In this document: positions 1-10,448 of the stretch, in pieces
How positions within the stretch are numbered: position 1 is the stretch's first letter
How the letters are laid out: every line of letters starts with the position of its first letter
Source of the DNA: Opitutales bacterium
GTDB lineage: Bacteria > Verrucomicrobiota > Verrucomicrobiia > Opitutales > PNEW01
Reading direction: 5' to 3'
Length of the DNA: 64,000 nucleotides
Assembly (NCBI GenBank): GCA_965197745.1
Contig: CBDANS010000007.1
Coordinates: 1,184,001 to 1,248,000, forward strand
Position numbers and translations under genes: made by a program
The notes under the pieces: model-generated
The model's database searches: none
What the model was told of the DNA's origin: nothing
Seen by the model: only the letters and a program-made list of their open reading frames with translations

Positions 1-16
1 AGGAATAGAGATTATT

Positions 17-721
17 ATGAGTGAATCATTCTTTGGCCCGGATAGGGAAATGGGCACACCCGAGTTGCAGTTGCCCGATAATTTAGGAAAAGAGCTACGC
101 GAATATCTCGAAAATCTGCGGGAACATTACCTGGCGATGGACTGGGCGCGTCGCGTCGGTTTCGGCGAGCGTCCAGCGGTCGTAGTGATTGACCTGGCAC
201 TGAATTGGACACAGCCCGATACACAGATGGGCAGCAATGTCGACTCGGTAGTAGAGGCCACGTGCCACGTCCTGGAGTCAGCGCGAAGAGCCCAGATTCC
301 TGTCTTCTTTTCGACCTTAAATTTTGATCCTGATGAATTGCCGGGTCTTCGATCGAAAAAGGTGCAATTGGAACTAAAGCATAAGGACCTTCCCCTCCTT
401 GCACTGGATCCCCGACTTGAACGGAGACCCAATGAGAAAATCATACATAAATACTATGCGTCGGTATTTAAAGGAACGAATTTTCAAGAGATGCTGACCG
501 CGCTGGATGTGGATACCTTAATCATAACCGGAGTGAGCACCAGTCATTGTGTGTATGCCACCTGTCGTGACGCCTGCGACAGTTTTCGCGTTATTATCCC
601 ACGCGAAGCAGTAGGGGAACGCTGTCAAATCATGCATATGGTTAACTTGCTGGATATGGACATAGACCTCGGTGATGTGATGCCGACAGAAGATGTCCTT
701 TCCTATATTGAAAAGATATAA
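17..721 (+). CDS. Isochorismatase-family cysteine hydrolase (N-carbamoylsarcosine amidase/maleamate amidase-like)
   Basis: RVGFGERPAVVVIDL, K-YYASVF and GVSTSHCV give the Asp-Lys-Cys triad of the family. Confidence 0.85.
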   Translation: MSESFFGPDREMGTPELQLPDNLGKELREYLENLREHYLAMDWARRVGFGERPAVVVIDLALNWTQPDTQMGSNVDSVVEATCHVLESARRAQIPVFFSTLNFDPDELPGLRSKKVQLELKHKDLPLLALDPRLERRPNEKIIHKYYASVFKGTNFQEMLTALDVDTLIITGVSTSHCVYATCRDACDSFRVIIPREAVGERCQIMHMVNLLDMDIDLGDVMPTEDVLSYIEKI

Positions 722-743
722 GCATTTCGCTGAATTATGATTG

Positions 744-1199
744 ATGAAGAAGCTTACGCATGAAGAATTTGACGTAATTTCTTTTCATGATAACCGCCTG
801 TGGGGGATTAAATTTCTTGTTAACGATGAGGCCATGGAAAGCGATATCAAACTCGATATCGATTACATCACAAAATGGATAGGGCAGTGCTCGGAGGGCA
901 ATTACAGTTGGGAAGTGGCGCCGGCGGATTTAATATTTCATGGAGTTACCGGTCTTAAGTTAGGAATAGACTGGCAGGATGATGAATATCGTAACGCGAT
1001 TTCCGGGCCCTATATCGTGGATTTAGAAAGATCACTGGTAGATAAACAGTGGGTCCATTTTGACCGATCCTATTACACTTGGAAGTTTTCTTTTAATGAC
1101 ATCTCAACCTTGTCTTTTGGAGCGTGGGGGTTTGATCTCATACTGAGAAAACCACCGGTTGAAAGAGACAATCAGTGTCTGCCATTAAACGAAAGGTGA
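744..1199 (+). CDS. Hypothetical protein
   Basis: 151-aa ORF directly after the upstream gene, with SFHDN and LDIDYI motifs; no function recognised. Confidence 0.65.
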   Translation: MKKLTHEEFDVISFHDNRLWGIKFLVNDEAMESDIKLDIDYITKWIGQCSEGNYSWEVAPADLIFHGVTGLKLGIDWQDDEYRNAISGPYIVDLERSLVDKQWVHFDRSYYTWKFSFNDISTLSFGAWGFDLILRKPPVERDNQCLPLNER

Positions 1200-1311
1200 G
1201 GGGTTTGCAAGGGACAGACGCTACGGGTGGTTGGCGCGAACAGAAAAATCAACCGGAGTAATTCAAGGGATAAGATGAACCCCAGCAATTGGAATTAAGC
1301 ATTTGTTATCG

Positions 1312-2700
1312 ATGATGACAGAATCAAAACCGGAAAACACGATCCTCGTTCTGGATGTTGGAAAGACCAACGTAAAGATTATGGTGATGAGCAAGAATGG
1401 GGCCGTTCTCGATGTCGCTAAGACGGATAATCAGTCCATAGACAGCCCCCCTTATACGCACTTGGATACGGAAGGGATCTGGCAATGGTTATTATCAACA
1501 GTGAATGGTTTAGCCGATAAAGATACGATCCGCGCCATCGTTGCGACAACCCATGGCTGTGCCGCTGCTTTAGTTGATGGGGATGAGCTTGTTCTCCCCG
1601 TCCTTGATTATGAAGAGGATATTCCTGATGAGATATCGGAGGCTTTTGATGCGATCTTGCCTACATTCGCGGAGACCAAGACACCGAATTTACCCGGGGG
1701 GCAGAATCTCAGTCGACAACTTTTCTGGTTTCAGCAGAAGTTTCCACAGGTATTTTCACGAACTAAGTGGATACTGACATACCCGCAATACTGGGCGTGG
1801 CGACTCAGTGGGGTTCCCGCAAGTGAACTCACTTCAATCGGCTGTCACAGTTATTTATATAATCCCCATAAGAGATGCTATTCCACGCTCGTTGATCGAC
1901 AGGGTTGGCGACATCTGTTTCCACCGATCAGACCTGCGTATGATGCGTTGGGTCCCGTCCTCCAGGAAGTGATTCAGAGAACTGGATTATCACCCGAATG
2001 CAAGGTCTACAACGGGATCCATGACAGCAACGCAGCCTACAGCCTTTACCTGAGAGGGCATACGCGGCCATTCAGTCTCGTTTCGACAGGTACCTGGGTT
2101 ATCATTTTCAGCCCGCGATTTCCCCTGGCCAGACTCAATGAACACCGGGACACCCTGGCAAATGTCGATCTCAGAGGCGAACCGCTTCCCACCGGGCGTT
2201 ACATGGGTGGAAGAGAGTTTGAAATTCTGAGCAAAGACGCCGGCAACGAAAGGGACTTTACGGAATCGGATTTACGAAAAGTCATAGCGAAGAAGAGTTT
2301 TCTTTTGCCTTCTTACGCGCCGGGCGGTCCCTTTATGAAGCGCCAGGGATCCACGGTTGGCCCCGAATTAAGTTCAAGGGGTGAAAACCTCGCGCGTGCT
2401 ACCCTTTATATAACGCTCATGACGCTTAGCAGTATGCGCATGCTTGAAGTAGACGGAGACCTGATGATTTCGGGAGGTTTTGTTAACAATTCGTGGTACT
2501 GCCGAATGCTGGCAACACTCGGTGGATGCGAGCGCTGTTACCTCGATCATCAATCAGAGGGTTCAGCGGTGGGTGCCGGCATGTTGGCTTCCTGGAACAA
2601 TAAGGCCATTGAATGGCCGTTAAATTTGACTCTCGTTGAGAAATTCGAAGATCCGGGTCTTACAGATTACGTTGAGAAATGGCAGAATCTATGCGGATAA
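1312..2700 (+). CDS. FGGY-family sugar kinase (rhamnose/fuculose kinase-like)
   Basis: LVLDVGKTNVK ATPase motif, ATTHG, GIHDSNAA, VSTGTW, RYMGGREF; start uncertain (1303/1312/1315). Confidence 0.85.
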   Translation: MMTESKPENTILVLDVGKTNVKIMVMSKNGAVLDVAKTDNQSIDSPPYTHLDTEGIWQWLLSTVNGLADKDTIRAIVATTHGCAAALVDGDELVLPVLDYEEDIPDEISEAFDAILPTFAETKTPNLPGGQNLSRQLFWFQQKFPQVFSRTKWILTYPQYWAWRLSGVPASELTSIGCHSYLYNPHKRCYSTLVDRQGWRHLFPPIRPAYDALGPVLQEVIQRTGLSPECKVYNGIHDSNAAYSLYLRGHTRPFSLVSTGTWVIIFSPRFPLARLNEHRDTLANVDLRGEPLPTGRYMGGREFEILSKDAGNERDFTESDLRKVIAKKSFLLPSYAPGGPFMKRQGSTVGPELSSRGENLARATLYITLMTLSSMRMLEVDGDLMISGGFVNNSWYCRMLATLGGCERCYLDHQSEGSAVGAGMLASWNNKAIEWPLNLTLVEKFEDPGLTDYVEKWQNLCG

Positions 2701-2812
2701 GCGAAAGTGCGTGAATGCGTTATGGGACCTTAATTTTGTTATTAACCCCTTTTAGGGGTCTCATCTTAATGCGTTGAACCTCATAAAAAATATGTCTTTC
2801 CTAACGGCTTGA

Positions 2813-3343
2813 ATGCATTCGATATGCTGTAAGTGGATGAATATCCCAAAAAATACACAAATCATCAGACTCGATCATGGGGATGATCAGGTGTTAAAAC
2901 ATCTTATCCAGTTGTACCAGTATGATTTCAGTGAGATTGACGGTGGCGTGACAAATGAGGATGGCTTGTACTGCTATTTTAATTTTGATCAATTCTGGAA
3001 GCTCGAAGGAGCTGCTGCTTACCTCTTGAAATTTGAAAACCTGTGGGCCGGATTTGTAACGGTAAGAAAAGGCTCTATTCTTCCCTCTTCCCCTAAGGCG
3101 ATGATTATCGATGAATTTTTTATCATGCGAAAATACCGTCGTTCAGGTCTGGGCACCTGTCTGGCACACTCTATATTTGATCAATACCGAGGAAGATGGG
3201 AGGTTTCGGAGACAAAAGATAATATTGATGCACAAAAGTTCTGGCGAAAAGTCATTCGTGATTACACCATCAATAATTATGAAGAAATTCAGTCAGAAAA
3301 TAAGCACTGGACAGGTCCCATACAGCGTTTCATCAATGAATAA
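2813..3343 (+). CDS. GNAT-family N-acetyltransferase
   Basis: LYQYDFSE, EFFIMRKYRRSGLG acetyl-CoA motif, N..AQKFWRKVI. Confidence 0.85.
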   Translation: MHSICCKWMNIPKNTQIIRLDHGDDQVLKHLIQLYQYDFSEIDGGVTNEDGLYCYFNFDQFWKLEGAAAYLLKFENLWAGFVTVRKGSILPSSPKAMIIDEFFIMRKYRRSGLGTCLAHSIFDQYRGRWEVSETKDNIDAQKFWRKVIRDYTINNYEEIQSENKHWTGPIQRFINE

Positions 3344-3371
3344 TTATTTATGAAATCGAACTTCAGGCGTT

Positions 3372-3938
3372 GTGAATAATAAATCGATTTCTCTACTGGC
3401 CCTTTTTATTTTTTGGCTATTTTTCCCGTCTGTCTTCGCCGATTCTGAAGTAAAGCACGACCTTGATTCCGACTTTGGGGCAGTGGCCAGACATGTTCTC
3501 GGTGTAGTGCATGCTGAAGAATATGAAAAAGGTAATTTCAGCAAATGTGTTTCACTCTATACAGAGGATGCAAAATTTTATGGTGAAAATAGAGTCTTTG
3601 CCAGTGGGAAAAGTGAACTTTTGAAATTCTATACTGAATTATTTAATAACGATGGGATTCTGCAGATAAAAATTGGTAAGTTTATTGAAATTCAAAAGTC
3701 GGGAGACATGGGATGGGTGATTTTTAATTACACCAAAAAATATGAGCTTAAGGAAAAGGATGCATCATTAATAAAACAATACCAACTAGAGGGAGAAAAA
3801 TATATATTCGTGAGTAAACTGGGTACCGCCATATTCCAATTTAAAGATGAGGAATGGAAAATTGAGCGAATGATCATCTATGGTCCGGAGCGCTGGAGCA
3901 CTGAGCAGAGGGTAATTAAGATGGTGGAATTTCAATAA
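3372..3938 (+). CDS. Secreted NTF2/SnoaL-like domain protein
   Basis: Signal peptide ending VFA; SLYTEDA...G..E, GDMGW and EEWKI resemble the NTF2-like fold. Confidence 0.6.
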   Translation: MNNKSISLLALFIFWLFFPSVFADSEVKHDLDSDFGAVARHVLGVVHAEEYEKGNFSKCVSLYTEDAKFYGENRVFASGKSELLKFYTELFNNDGILQIKIGKFIEIQKSGDMGWVIFNYTKKYELKEKDASLIKQYQLEGEKYIFVSKLGTAIFQFKDEEWKIERMIIYGPERWSTEQRVIKMVEFQ

Positions 3939-4009
3939 AGATTCCAATTATAGACTGTATATCAGAATTAGTAATTTGCGTGATAAATCTGAGGAAGGAG
4001 AGTATCGAG

Positions 4010-4492
4010 ATGCAATTAGAAATGAATCGAAAAAAAATACTGGATTTCATTGAACATACGATTGTTGTGATTGGCGATTTGCTTCTATACGTGCTATTTT
4101 TTCTTATCGCCTTTAAAGTTCTATGGGGAGTTGTCGCGCTGGGTCTATGGAACCATGTTGGCAGCGAAGTCGTCGGTTATTTTTTGTCCTGGCCTTTGTG
4201 GGCGAGGATGCTTATTGGATTTCCTGTATTGGTAATCATTTTCTCGCCCGTCTTCCTCATTGGTTACTGGTTATTCGATGAACCCAGGGGATTGAATAAA
4301 ATTATTGAATTGCCAAAAAAAGTATCCTGTCAGGGTTTTCTCGAGATCATTCGCAAGAGTTGCTACTGCCTTGCAGTATTTTCCATTCTCAGGATGACCT
4401 GGTCTGGGTATGAGTGTCTCGGTTCCGATTTTTCGGGTTGGGTAGACTTATTAAAAAGGGTGTTTTTTGTCTTTATCGGGTGGTCCCTGTGA
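4010..4492 (+). CDS. Hypothetical membrane protein
   Basis: Several hydrophobic segments; AAGGAG upstream of ATG 4010. Confidence 0.55.
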   Translation: MQLEMNRKKILDFIEHTIVVIGDLLLYVLFFLIAFKVLWGVVALGLWNHVGSEVVGYFLSWPLWARMLIGFPVLVIIFSPVFLIGYWLFDEPRGLNKIIELPKKVSCQGFLEIIRKSCYCLAVFSILRMTWSGYECLGSDFSGWVDLLKRVFFVFIGWSL

Positions 4493-4555
4493 GGTTAATT
4501 CATTTAGCATATCAATGGGTATTACCCAGACAGTTAATTTTAATCATTAAAAAAA

Positions 4556-4966
4556 ATGAGTTCAGCAGAAAAAAATAATGCCGTATACGGTGAGACGAAT
4601 CCCAGCCTTGAGGAAATTGAAGCGATGGTGGTCAAACGGTTTGGATCAGTGATTGGCTTAAATAAAGAACAGGAAAGCTACTATCGGCAATTGCATGCCG
4701 ACGTATGGGAGGGAGTGATCAAACGGATTAAAGCGTCAAATATCAGAAATTACTCAATCTATATAACAAAGATAGAGGGAAAGCATTATTTGTTTAGTCA
4801 TTTTGAATACACGGGCACAGACTATGAAGCAGACATGAAAGCAATGGCCGAAGACGAATCGACCAGGCGGTGGTGGAAGGAGACTGATCCCTGTCAATTT
4901 CAGCTTCCCAGCAGAAAAGAGGGCGATCAATGGAGCCAGATGGAAATGGTTTTCTGGATGGAATGA
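4556..4966 (+). CDS. rhaM: L-rhamnose mutarotase family protein
   Basis: YRQLHADVW, IRNYSIY, LFSHFEY, RRWWKETDPCQ, W..MEMVF. Confidence 0.85.
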   Translation: MSSAEKNNAVYGETNPSLEEIEAMVVKRFGSVIGLNKEQESYYRQLHADVWEGVIKRIKASNIRNYSIYITKIEGKHYLFSHFEYTGTDYEADMKAMAEDESTRRWWKETDPCQFQLPSRKEGDQWSQMEMVFWME

Positions 4967-5139
4967 ATCCGTGGCGAGGCTAATATGCGTGTGTAAGATA
5001 AAGGAATGAGATCCTCTTTTAACATTATACGATTTTAATTCTTTGTATAAGAGGTTGCAGGAATAGGGATAAATAATAGAGTAAGCATCGTAATAAATTC
5101 GAATATCTAATGAGTGAACAGTATTAAGGAGAGTAAATT

Positions 5140-5421
5140 ATGGCAAAAGCAAGTGCGCGTCACATCCTCGTGGCCGATGAGGAATCCTGTAAAAATCTTA
5201 AAAATAAAATCGAAGCGGGAACAGACTTCGCGACCGTAGCTAATGAACACTCCCAATGCCCATCAGGTAAACAGGGTGGAGATTTGGGTGAGTTCAGCCC
5301 CGGACAGATGGTAAAGGAGTTCGATGAAGTCGTCTTCAGCGCGGAAACAGGCAAGGTTCACGGTCCTGTAAAAACGCAATTTGGCTATCACCTTATCGAG
5401 ATTACGAGTCGAACCGATTAA
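5140..5421 (+). CDS. ppiC: Parvulin-type peptidyl-prolyl cis-trans isomerase
   Basis: ARHILV, HSQCPSGKQGGDLGEF, GQMVKEFD, GPVKTQFGYHLI; SD AAGGAG. Confidence 0.95.
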   Translation: MAKASARHILVADEESCKNLKNKIEAGTDFATVANEHSQCPSGKQGGDLGEFSPGQMVKEFDEVVFSAETGKVHGPVKTQFGYHLIEITSRTD

Positions 5422-5522
5422 AGGCGGTGGGAATTCGTGACCCGTGATCAGTGATGGGTTATTCGGATGGGGGCGTAAGTTTCTATCGCCATATCCACAA
5501 TACAATTGTATCCTTTTTCTGC

Positions 5523-6023
5523 ATGTTGAAGAAAGACAAACCTTGGTACGCGGAGGGATTAAGATTTCAGTGTTCACTGTGCGGAAATTGCTGTAGTGGA
5601 CCGGACGGAGAAATACCCTTGCAGGAACAGGATAGCCGCCGATTGGCGAAGTATCTGGGGCTGTCATTGCGTGCTTTTAAAGTGTCCTATACGATAATAT
5701 CCGAATCGACGAATAATCGGGTCCTTAAAATGAACCCGACACCAGGGGATAAGGAGGGGTTAGATTGTATTTTTCTCGATCGTGAACAGATACCAGGTAA
5801 AGCCGTGTGTAAAGCGCACGCCGCTAAACCAAAGCAATGTCAAGCCTGGCCATTCTGGCCTTCATCCTTAGAGAGTCTTGAATCCTGGAAGGAGGCGAGT
5901 AAGCACTGTCCGGGCATTGGGCAAGGAGATGGAATGTTAACCCGAAAAGAAATTGAGAAAAAACGGCGTCTGATAAAAGGACCCGAGAAAAAATTCGGCC
6001 CCTTCGAACGTGGCTGGGAGTGA
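5523..6023 (+). CDS. YkgJ-family CxxCxxCC cysteine-cluster protein
   Basis: PWYAEGLRFQCSLCGNCC, CIFL, P.QCQAWPFWP, CPGIG; ATG 5523 preferred over GTG 5451. Confidence 0.85.
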   Translation: MLKKDKPWYAEGLRFQCSLCGNCCSGPDGEIPLQEQDSRRLAKYLGLSLRAFKVSYTIISESTNNRVLKMNPTPGDKEGLDCIFLDREQIPGKAVCKAHAAKPKQCQAWPFWPSSLESLESWKEASKHCPGIGQGDGMLTRKEIEKKRRLIKGPEKKFGPFERGWE

Positions 6024-6121
6024 ACTTAAAGTAAAACATCTCGAACTACCGTCTGTAAGGATGGAACGCGTCCTGCGATGAGCTATGTCGAATCGTGTCC
6101 CTGGCGCGTTATTATCAAGCG

Positions 6122-6937
6122 TCACCAGGCTGTCCATCCGCCATCGATGGTAAGATTCTGACCGGTCATGTAACTGCTGGCTTCACTGGCGAGAAAAACA
6201 ACAGCGCCTTTGAGTTCAGATGGTTTTCCCATGCGTCCCATGGGTGATTTTGGTTCGAGATTTGATATCAGTGCTTTTCCCGCAGATTCCGATGGAAACG
6301 GGCCGGGTGAAAGACAATTGACACGGATATTATCCTTAGCCCAGTAGACAGCCAAGTGCCGAGTCAGATGTATAATGCCCCCTTTCAGCGCGTGATAGGC
6401 GACAGCAGAGGCAGGACAAACACCAGCATAAGTGTCGGGGTAGGAACCTACCTGTCCATACATTGAGCCCAACATAATGATACTTGCCGGAGCTTTTCTT
6501 TTTATGACATGCTCACGAAGCAACCGGGCTAAAAGAAAATAGCCGGTCGCGTTTCCTAACTGGCGCGTGAATTGTTCACCGCTGACATTTGTCCAATCAT
6601 TTCTTTCAAATTCGTGGCCATTATTTACGAGAACATCGACGTGGCCCATGCGGTCAACTATCTTCTGAAAAGCTGTTTCGATAGCAGTTTCCGTATCCAT
6701 CTGGTCTAAGACCATGCCACAATGCCCGCAATCATTGGGATCAGGCAAGTCACCCGCGGCCGATTCTGCGCGTTTTTCATCGCGGGAGGTAACAATAACC
6801 TGGCTGCCTGCTTCGGCTAATGCGTGGGCCATGGCGCGGCCGAGGTATCCACTGGCTCCGGTGATTAATGAAGTTTTTCCCTTGAGGTCGAAGAGCTGAT
6901 GGATGGTTGGATCACTATCTGTTTTTTTGTCAGTCAT
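6122..6937 (-). CDS. Short-chain dehydrogenase/reductase
   Basis: TGASGYLG, YHALK catalytic motif, YMTGQNLTIDGGW. Confidence 0.9.
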   Translation of the reverse strand: MTDKKTDSDPTIHQLFDLKGKTSLITGASGYLGRAMAHALAEAGSQVIVTSRDEKRAESAAGDLPDPNDCGHCGMVLDQMDTETAIETAFQKIVDRMGHVDVLVNNGHEFERNDWTNVSGEQFTRQLGNATGYFLLARLLREHVIKRKAPASIIMLGSMYGQVGSYPDTYAGVCPASAVAYHALKGGIIHLTRHLAVYWAKDNIRVNCLSPGPFPSESAGKALISNLEPKSPMGRMGKPSELKGAVVFLASEASSYMTGQNLTIDGGWTAW

Positions 6938-7935
6938 AAGGTTTGCCAGCTGGATGGATTACGGGTTGCAGCAAGAATGGCAAGATTGCATTCAAGGGTG
7001 TGGCGCGCTTCGGATAATTTACAGTGCATCTCCCCTTTGCCGTCGATAACGTCAAAAAATGTATTCGCCTGAGATATGAATCCATGATCGCGCTCAAAAT
7101 CCGGCCAGGATTCTTCCTGCCACTCGGTTTCAGGTTCCATCATCCAACGCATGCGATTATGATGAAATTCGGATCGCAAGGTGCCGCGTTCACAAACCAC
7201 GGTGATCGTTCCTTCATTTGGAGCTTGATGTTGATTTAAGCTGAAAGAGGCGAGGACGTCCCCGTGACGGGTCAAGACGTTCACGGTGTCTTCGACATCG
7301 ACACCATCGAGAACCTGATGCGCGCAGTCGGCAACAAGGCGGTCGACTGGTCCGGCGAGCCAACTAACGGCATTTATGAGATGAGTCAGCCCATCCTGAA
7401 TCGCGCCTCCACCCGTGGTATGGCTGGTGTAATATATTTCCCGGTAAGCTGGCCGGTAGGTGGGAAAATGTTGGCCTGAGGTAACCGTTATATGCAAGGG
7501 TCGCCCAAAGCGTCCACTGTCGATGGCTTTCTTCATGGCGGCCAGCACCGGGTATAAGCGAAAGACGTAAGCGACTCCAACAACGAGCTTTCGCTCACGG
7601 GTCGTTTTATCAAGATGATCAATTCCTTCACAACTGACCGACAATGGCTTTTCAATCAGTAAATGAAGATTAGACTCCGCCGCTTGTTGAGCCATGGGGA
7701 CATGCAAATGCGCGGGTGTAGCGATTACAGCTGCGTCGTGTCCCTCACCAATAGCCGAAGTAAAATCGGAATAGCTTTTGTTAATTTTATATTTATCAGC
7801 TACTTTTTGACGAAGAGTATCATTGATATCACATATTGACACTTCAGCGCGTTTTGTCGCCAGGATGCAACGTGTATGACGTTCACCGATCGAGCCCGCT
7901 CCTACTACAAGAACCCGTTTCATTGTGACTGGCAT
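6934..7935 (-). CDS. Gfo/Idh/MocA-family oxidoreductase
   Basis: VGAGSIG, IATPAHLH, IEKP; 4-nt overlap with the SDR gene suggests translational coupling. Confidence 0.9.
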   Translation of the reverse strand: MPVTMKRVLVVGAGSIGERHTRCILATKRAEVSICDINDTLRQKVADKYKINKSYSDFTSAIGEGHDAAVIATPAHLHVPMAQQAAESNLHLLIEKPLSVSCEGIDHLDKTTRERKLVVGVAYVFRLYPVLAAMKKAIDSGRFGRPLHITVTSGQHFPTYRPAYREIYYTSHTTGGGAIQDGLTHLINAVSWLAGPVDRLVADCAHQVLDGVDVEDTVNVLTRHGDVLASFSLNQHQAPNEGTITVVCERGTLRSEFHHNRMRWMMEPETEWQEESWPDFERDHGFISQANTFFDVIDGKGEMHCKLSEARHTLECNLAILAATRNPSSWQTL

Positions 7936-8161
7936 CGTTTAGTTAATGAAAAGATAATAAGAATTTATCAACACATAAACCAGAGAAATAAGAATGGATG
8001 AAAGCTTTAAATTGATATGAGCAAAATAGTATTAAAATTTCTGATAGAAAAAACAGAACGAAATTCAGGGTTCAAAGGGTAATCTTGACAGTCCAGAGTA
8101 GCCATTAATAAATAGAACAGCATAAACAAAAAAAATTAATCCAGATTTAAATAAATTAATT

Positions 8162-8686
8162 ATGAAAATATATAAATATGTCATTATGAGTTTGGTCGTA
8201 ATTTCGGTTTTGGGATTAAGTTTATCAGCCCAGGAAGAGAATCCGTATGTGGGTTCAAAGGCATTCGAGCGTTTAAAGGATCTTGTTGGTTCATGGGAAG
8301 GTGTGATGGATATGGGGGAGGGCCCCATGAAAATTACGGCCTATTACAAAATCACATCCGGTGGCAGTGTAATTGTGGAGACCGTATTTAAAGGAGGGCC
8401 CCAAGAGATGGTTTCAGTTTATCATGACAATAACAAAGGTAAACTGAACATGATACATTACTGCATGTTGCACAATCAGCCTAAAATGGTATTGAAAAAT
8501 GCAAAGAAGAACGTGCTGAAATTCGATCTTTCCAAAGATTCAGATATAGATGTAGCTAATGAGACACACATGCATTCACTGACAATCAGGATCGATGGAA
8601 AAGACAAGATGACTCAATCCTGGACGAATTACGAAGAAGGCAAAGAGCATCAAAAAGTAGAAATTGCCTATACGCGTGTCCAGTGA
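8162..8686 (+). CDS. Secreted hypothetical protein
   Basis: Signal peptide; AFERLKDLVGSWEG and HYCMLHNQP look like a conserved uncharacterised family. Confidence 0.7.
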   Translation: MKIYKYVIMSLVVISVLGLSLSAQEENPYVGSKAFERLKDLVGSWEGVMDMGEGPMKITAYYKITSGGSVIVETVFKGGPQEMVSVYHDNNKGKLNMIHYCMLHNQPKMVLKNAKKNVLKFDLSKDSDIDVANETHMHSLTIRIDGKDKMTQSWTNYEEGKEHQKVEIAYTRVQ

Positions 8687-8779
8687 TTGTTAGCCAAAAG
8701 GGGTTATGTGCATTAGCGATTATGCGTGCATGCGATAAGGGAGAGGCTGGTAGAACATTGACCAGTGAAAAGAAATCAG

Positions 8780-9050
8780 CCGCTGTCGATCCAAGGTTGC
8801 TGGACACGGCATGAAGATACCGTAACCGCAGTAATCATGTGTGGGGGAGACACTGACACCTTAGGCGCGATGATGGGCGCGGTAACCGGGGCAGGGGGGA
8901 ATTCCCAAAAAGTGGCTACAAGAGATAATTGATTATCCTCACGGAATTTCTTTTATCACTGAGCCAGGTAAAAGTCTGTCTGAAAATCGTCACCAAACAA
9001 TAAAATTCTCACCCTTTTTCCTCCCTATTAATAGGATATAATAATGTTTA
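8780..9050 (+). pseudogene. ADP-ribosylglycohydrolase (DraG-like) C-terminal remnant
   Basis: Hand translation: PLSIQGCWTRHEDTVTAVIMCGGDTDTLGAMMGAVTGA, then a frameshift in the G-run near 8894-8899 to GIPKKWLQEIIDYP; no start codon or N-terminal part. Confidence 0.75.
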
Positions 9051-9760
9051 AAGAATACACGACAGTTCGTGTCGTTAAACTTATCCATACAGACCGCTGG
9101 ATCGATGCTGGAAAACCTTCAATTGGTGACCAAGGCACGATTGTAGATATTGATACTGTAAATGATGATGTCTGGTACACGGTAGAATCATTTTCCCCTG
9201 ACGGTAAAACCCCATGGCTTGCGGAATTTACTGAAGATGAGCTGGAACTTGGTAGCGAAGTCGAAATTGGCAGCGATCTCGTGCTCGAGCCAGTTAGTAA
9301 TGACAACCCAGTAGGAAACTCTGAGGAAAAGCAAAGAGAGGAAACTGAGGTACTTGGCGTTAAGAAAGTTAAGATATCGTCAGAACAAAAATTGGCTCAA
9401 ACAGAATCAAGGCGCGGAAATAAAGACAATCTCAACAAAAATAAAAAAGGAGAGATTTATTCAATAATCCTATCTGGATTTCTTGGGGGTTTAATCTCCA
9501 CCCTGGTCGGATCGATCTTTTTCCCTGATCATAGCGCCCTTATCCCTGCAATTGTAGGCTGTCTAACGGGTACAGCTGGTGGATATCTAGCAGGAAATAT
9601 TGGAGAAGCAATTGCATTTATATTTATATTCTCCTTTGTGACTGTTTGTTTTTTTAGTGTTGTATCCAACGCAATAGGGCGTGAAATTTTTTTATCTTTT
9701 GTCATTGGCTTATCCGTCGGTAATTTGTGTTCAGGTATTTATAATGAATATAGTAGATAA
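9044..9760 (+). CDS. Hypothetical membrane protein with small N-terminal beta domain and C-terminal TM helices
   Basis: GDQGTIVD..YTVE N-domain, charged linker, about 4 Gly-rich hydrophobic helices. Confidence 0.65.
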   Translation: MFKEYTTVRVVKLIHTDRWIDAGKPSIGDQGTIVDIDTVNDDVWYTVESFSPDGKTPWLAEFTEDELELGSEVEIGSDLVLEPVSNDNPVGNSEEKQREETEVLGVKKVKISSEQKLAQTESRRGNKDNLNKNKKGEIYSIILSGFLGGLISTLVGSIFFPDHSALIPAIVGCLTGTAGGYLAGNIGEAIAFIFIFSFVTVCFFSVVSNAIGREIFLSFVIGLSVGNLCSGIYNEYSR

Positions 9761-9806
9761 TCATTCAATTCAGTTGATCAAATAATGAAAGCGGGCGTTT
9801 AATTTT

Positions 9807-10397
9807 ATGAAAAGAATCTGTGTCTTTTGTGGCTCCAGTCCAGGCCTTCTTTCTGAATATGCGGAGACTGCGGTTTTATTGGGCTGGGAACTGGCGAGTC
9901 GCAATATCGAGCTGGTCTTCGGCGGATCCGATGTGGGATTAATGAAGCAGGTCGCTGATGCTACTTTAGAAAAAGGGGGGAAGGTAATCGGTGTGATTCC
10001 TGAATCTTTTGCGAAAAAGGTGGCACACAAAAACCTATCCCAACTCCACGTCGTCAATTCAATGCACGAGCGAAAGAAAATGATGTACGATCTTTCGGAT
10101 GGGTTTATCGTTCTTCCCGGTGCCTTTGGCACACTTGAGGAAATTCTGGAAATCATGGCGTGGACTCAATTGGGATTGAATACTAAGCCATTCGGATTTT
10201 TAAATGTTTGTGGGTACTATAATAAATTTTTTGAATTTGCAGATCACGCAGTTTCACAGCAATTTCTCAAGCAAGAGTACTTGGACATAATTCTCATAGA
10301 AACAACAATCGAAATATTATTGAAAAAATTCGATGAGTTTAATGTTCCGGTTGTCAATAAATGGATAGAGAGGAAAGAGGGTATAACAGGCAGATAA
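9807..10397 (+). CDS. LOG-family nucleotide 5'-monophosphate nucleosidase
   Basis: ICVFCGSS, GGSDVGLM, MHERK, PGAFGTLEE. Confidence 0.92.
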   Translation: MKRICVFCGSSPGLLSEYAETAVLLGWELASRNIELVFGGSDVGLMKQVADATLEKGGKVIGVIPESFAKKVAHKNLSQLHVVNSMHERKKMMYDLSDGFIVLPGAFGTLEEILEIMAWTQLGLNTKPFGFLNVCGYYNKFFEFADHAVSQQFLKQEYLDIILIETTIEILLKKFDEFNVPVVNKWIERKEGITGR

Positions 10398-10448
10398 AGC
10401 AATAAGCAATTATGTGAGAGGCCATACGCTGAAGTGGATTGGCTAATT

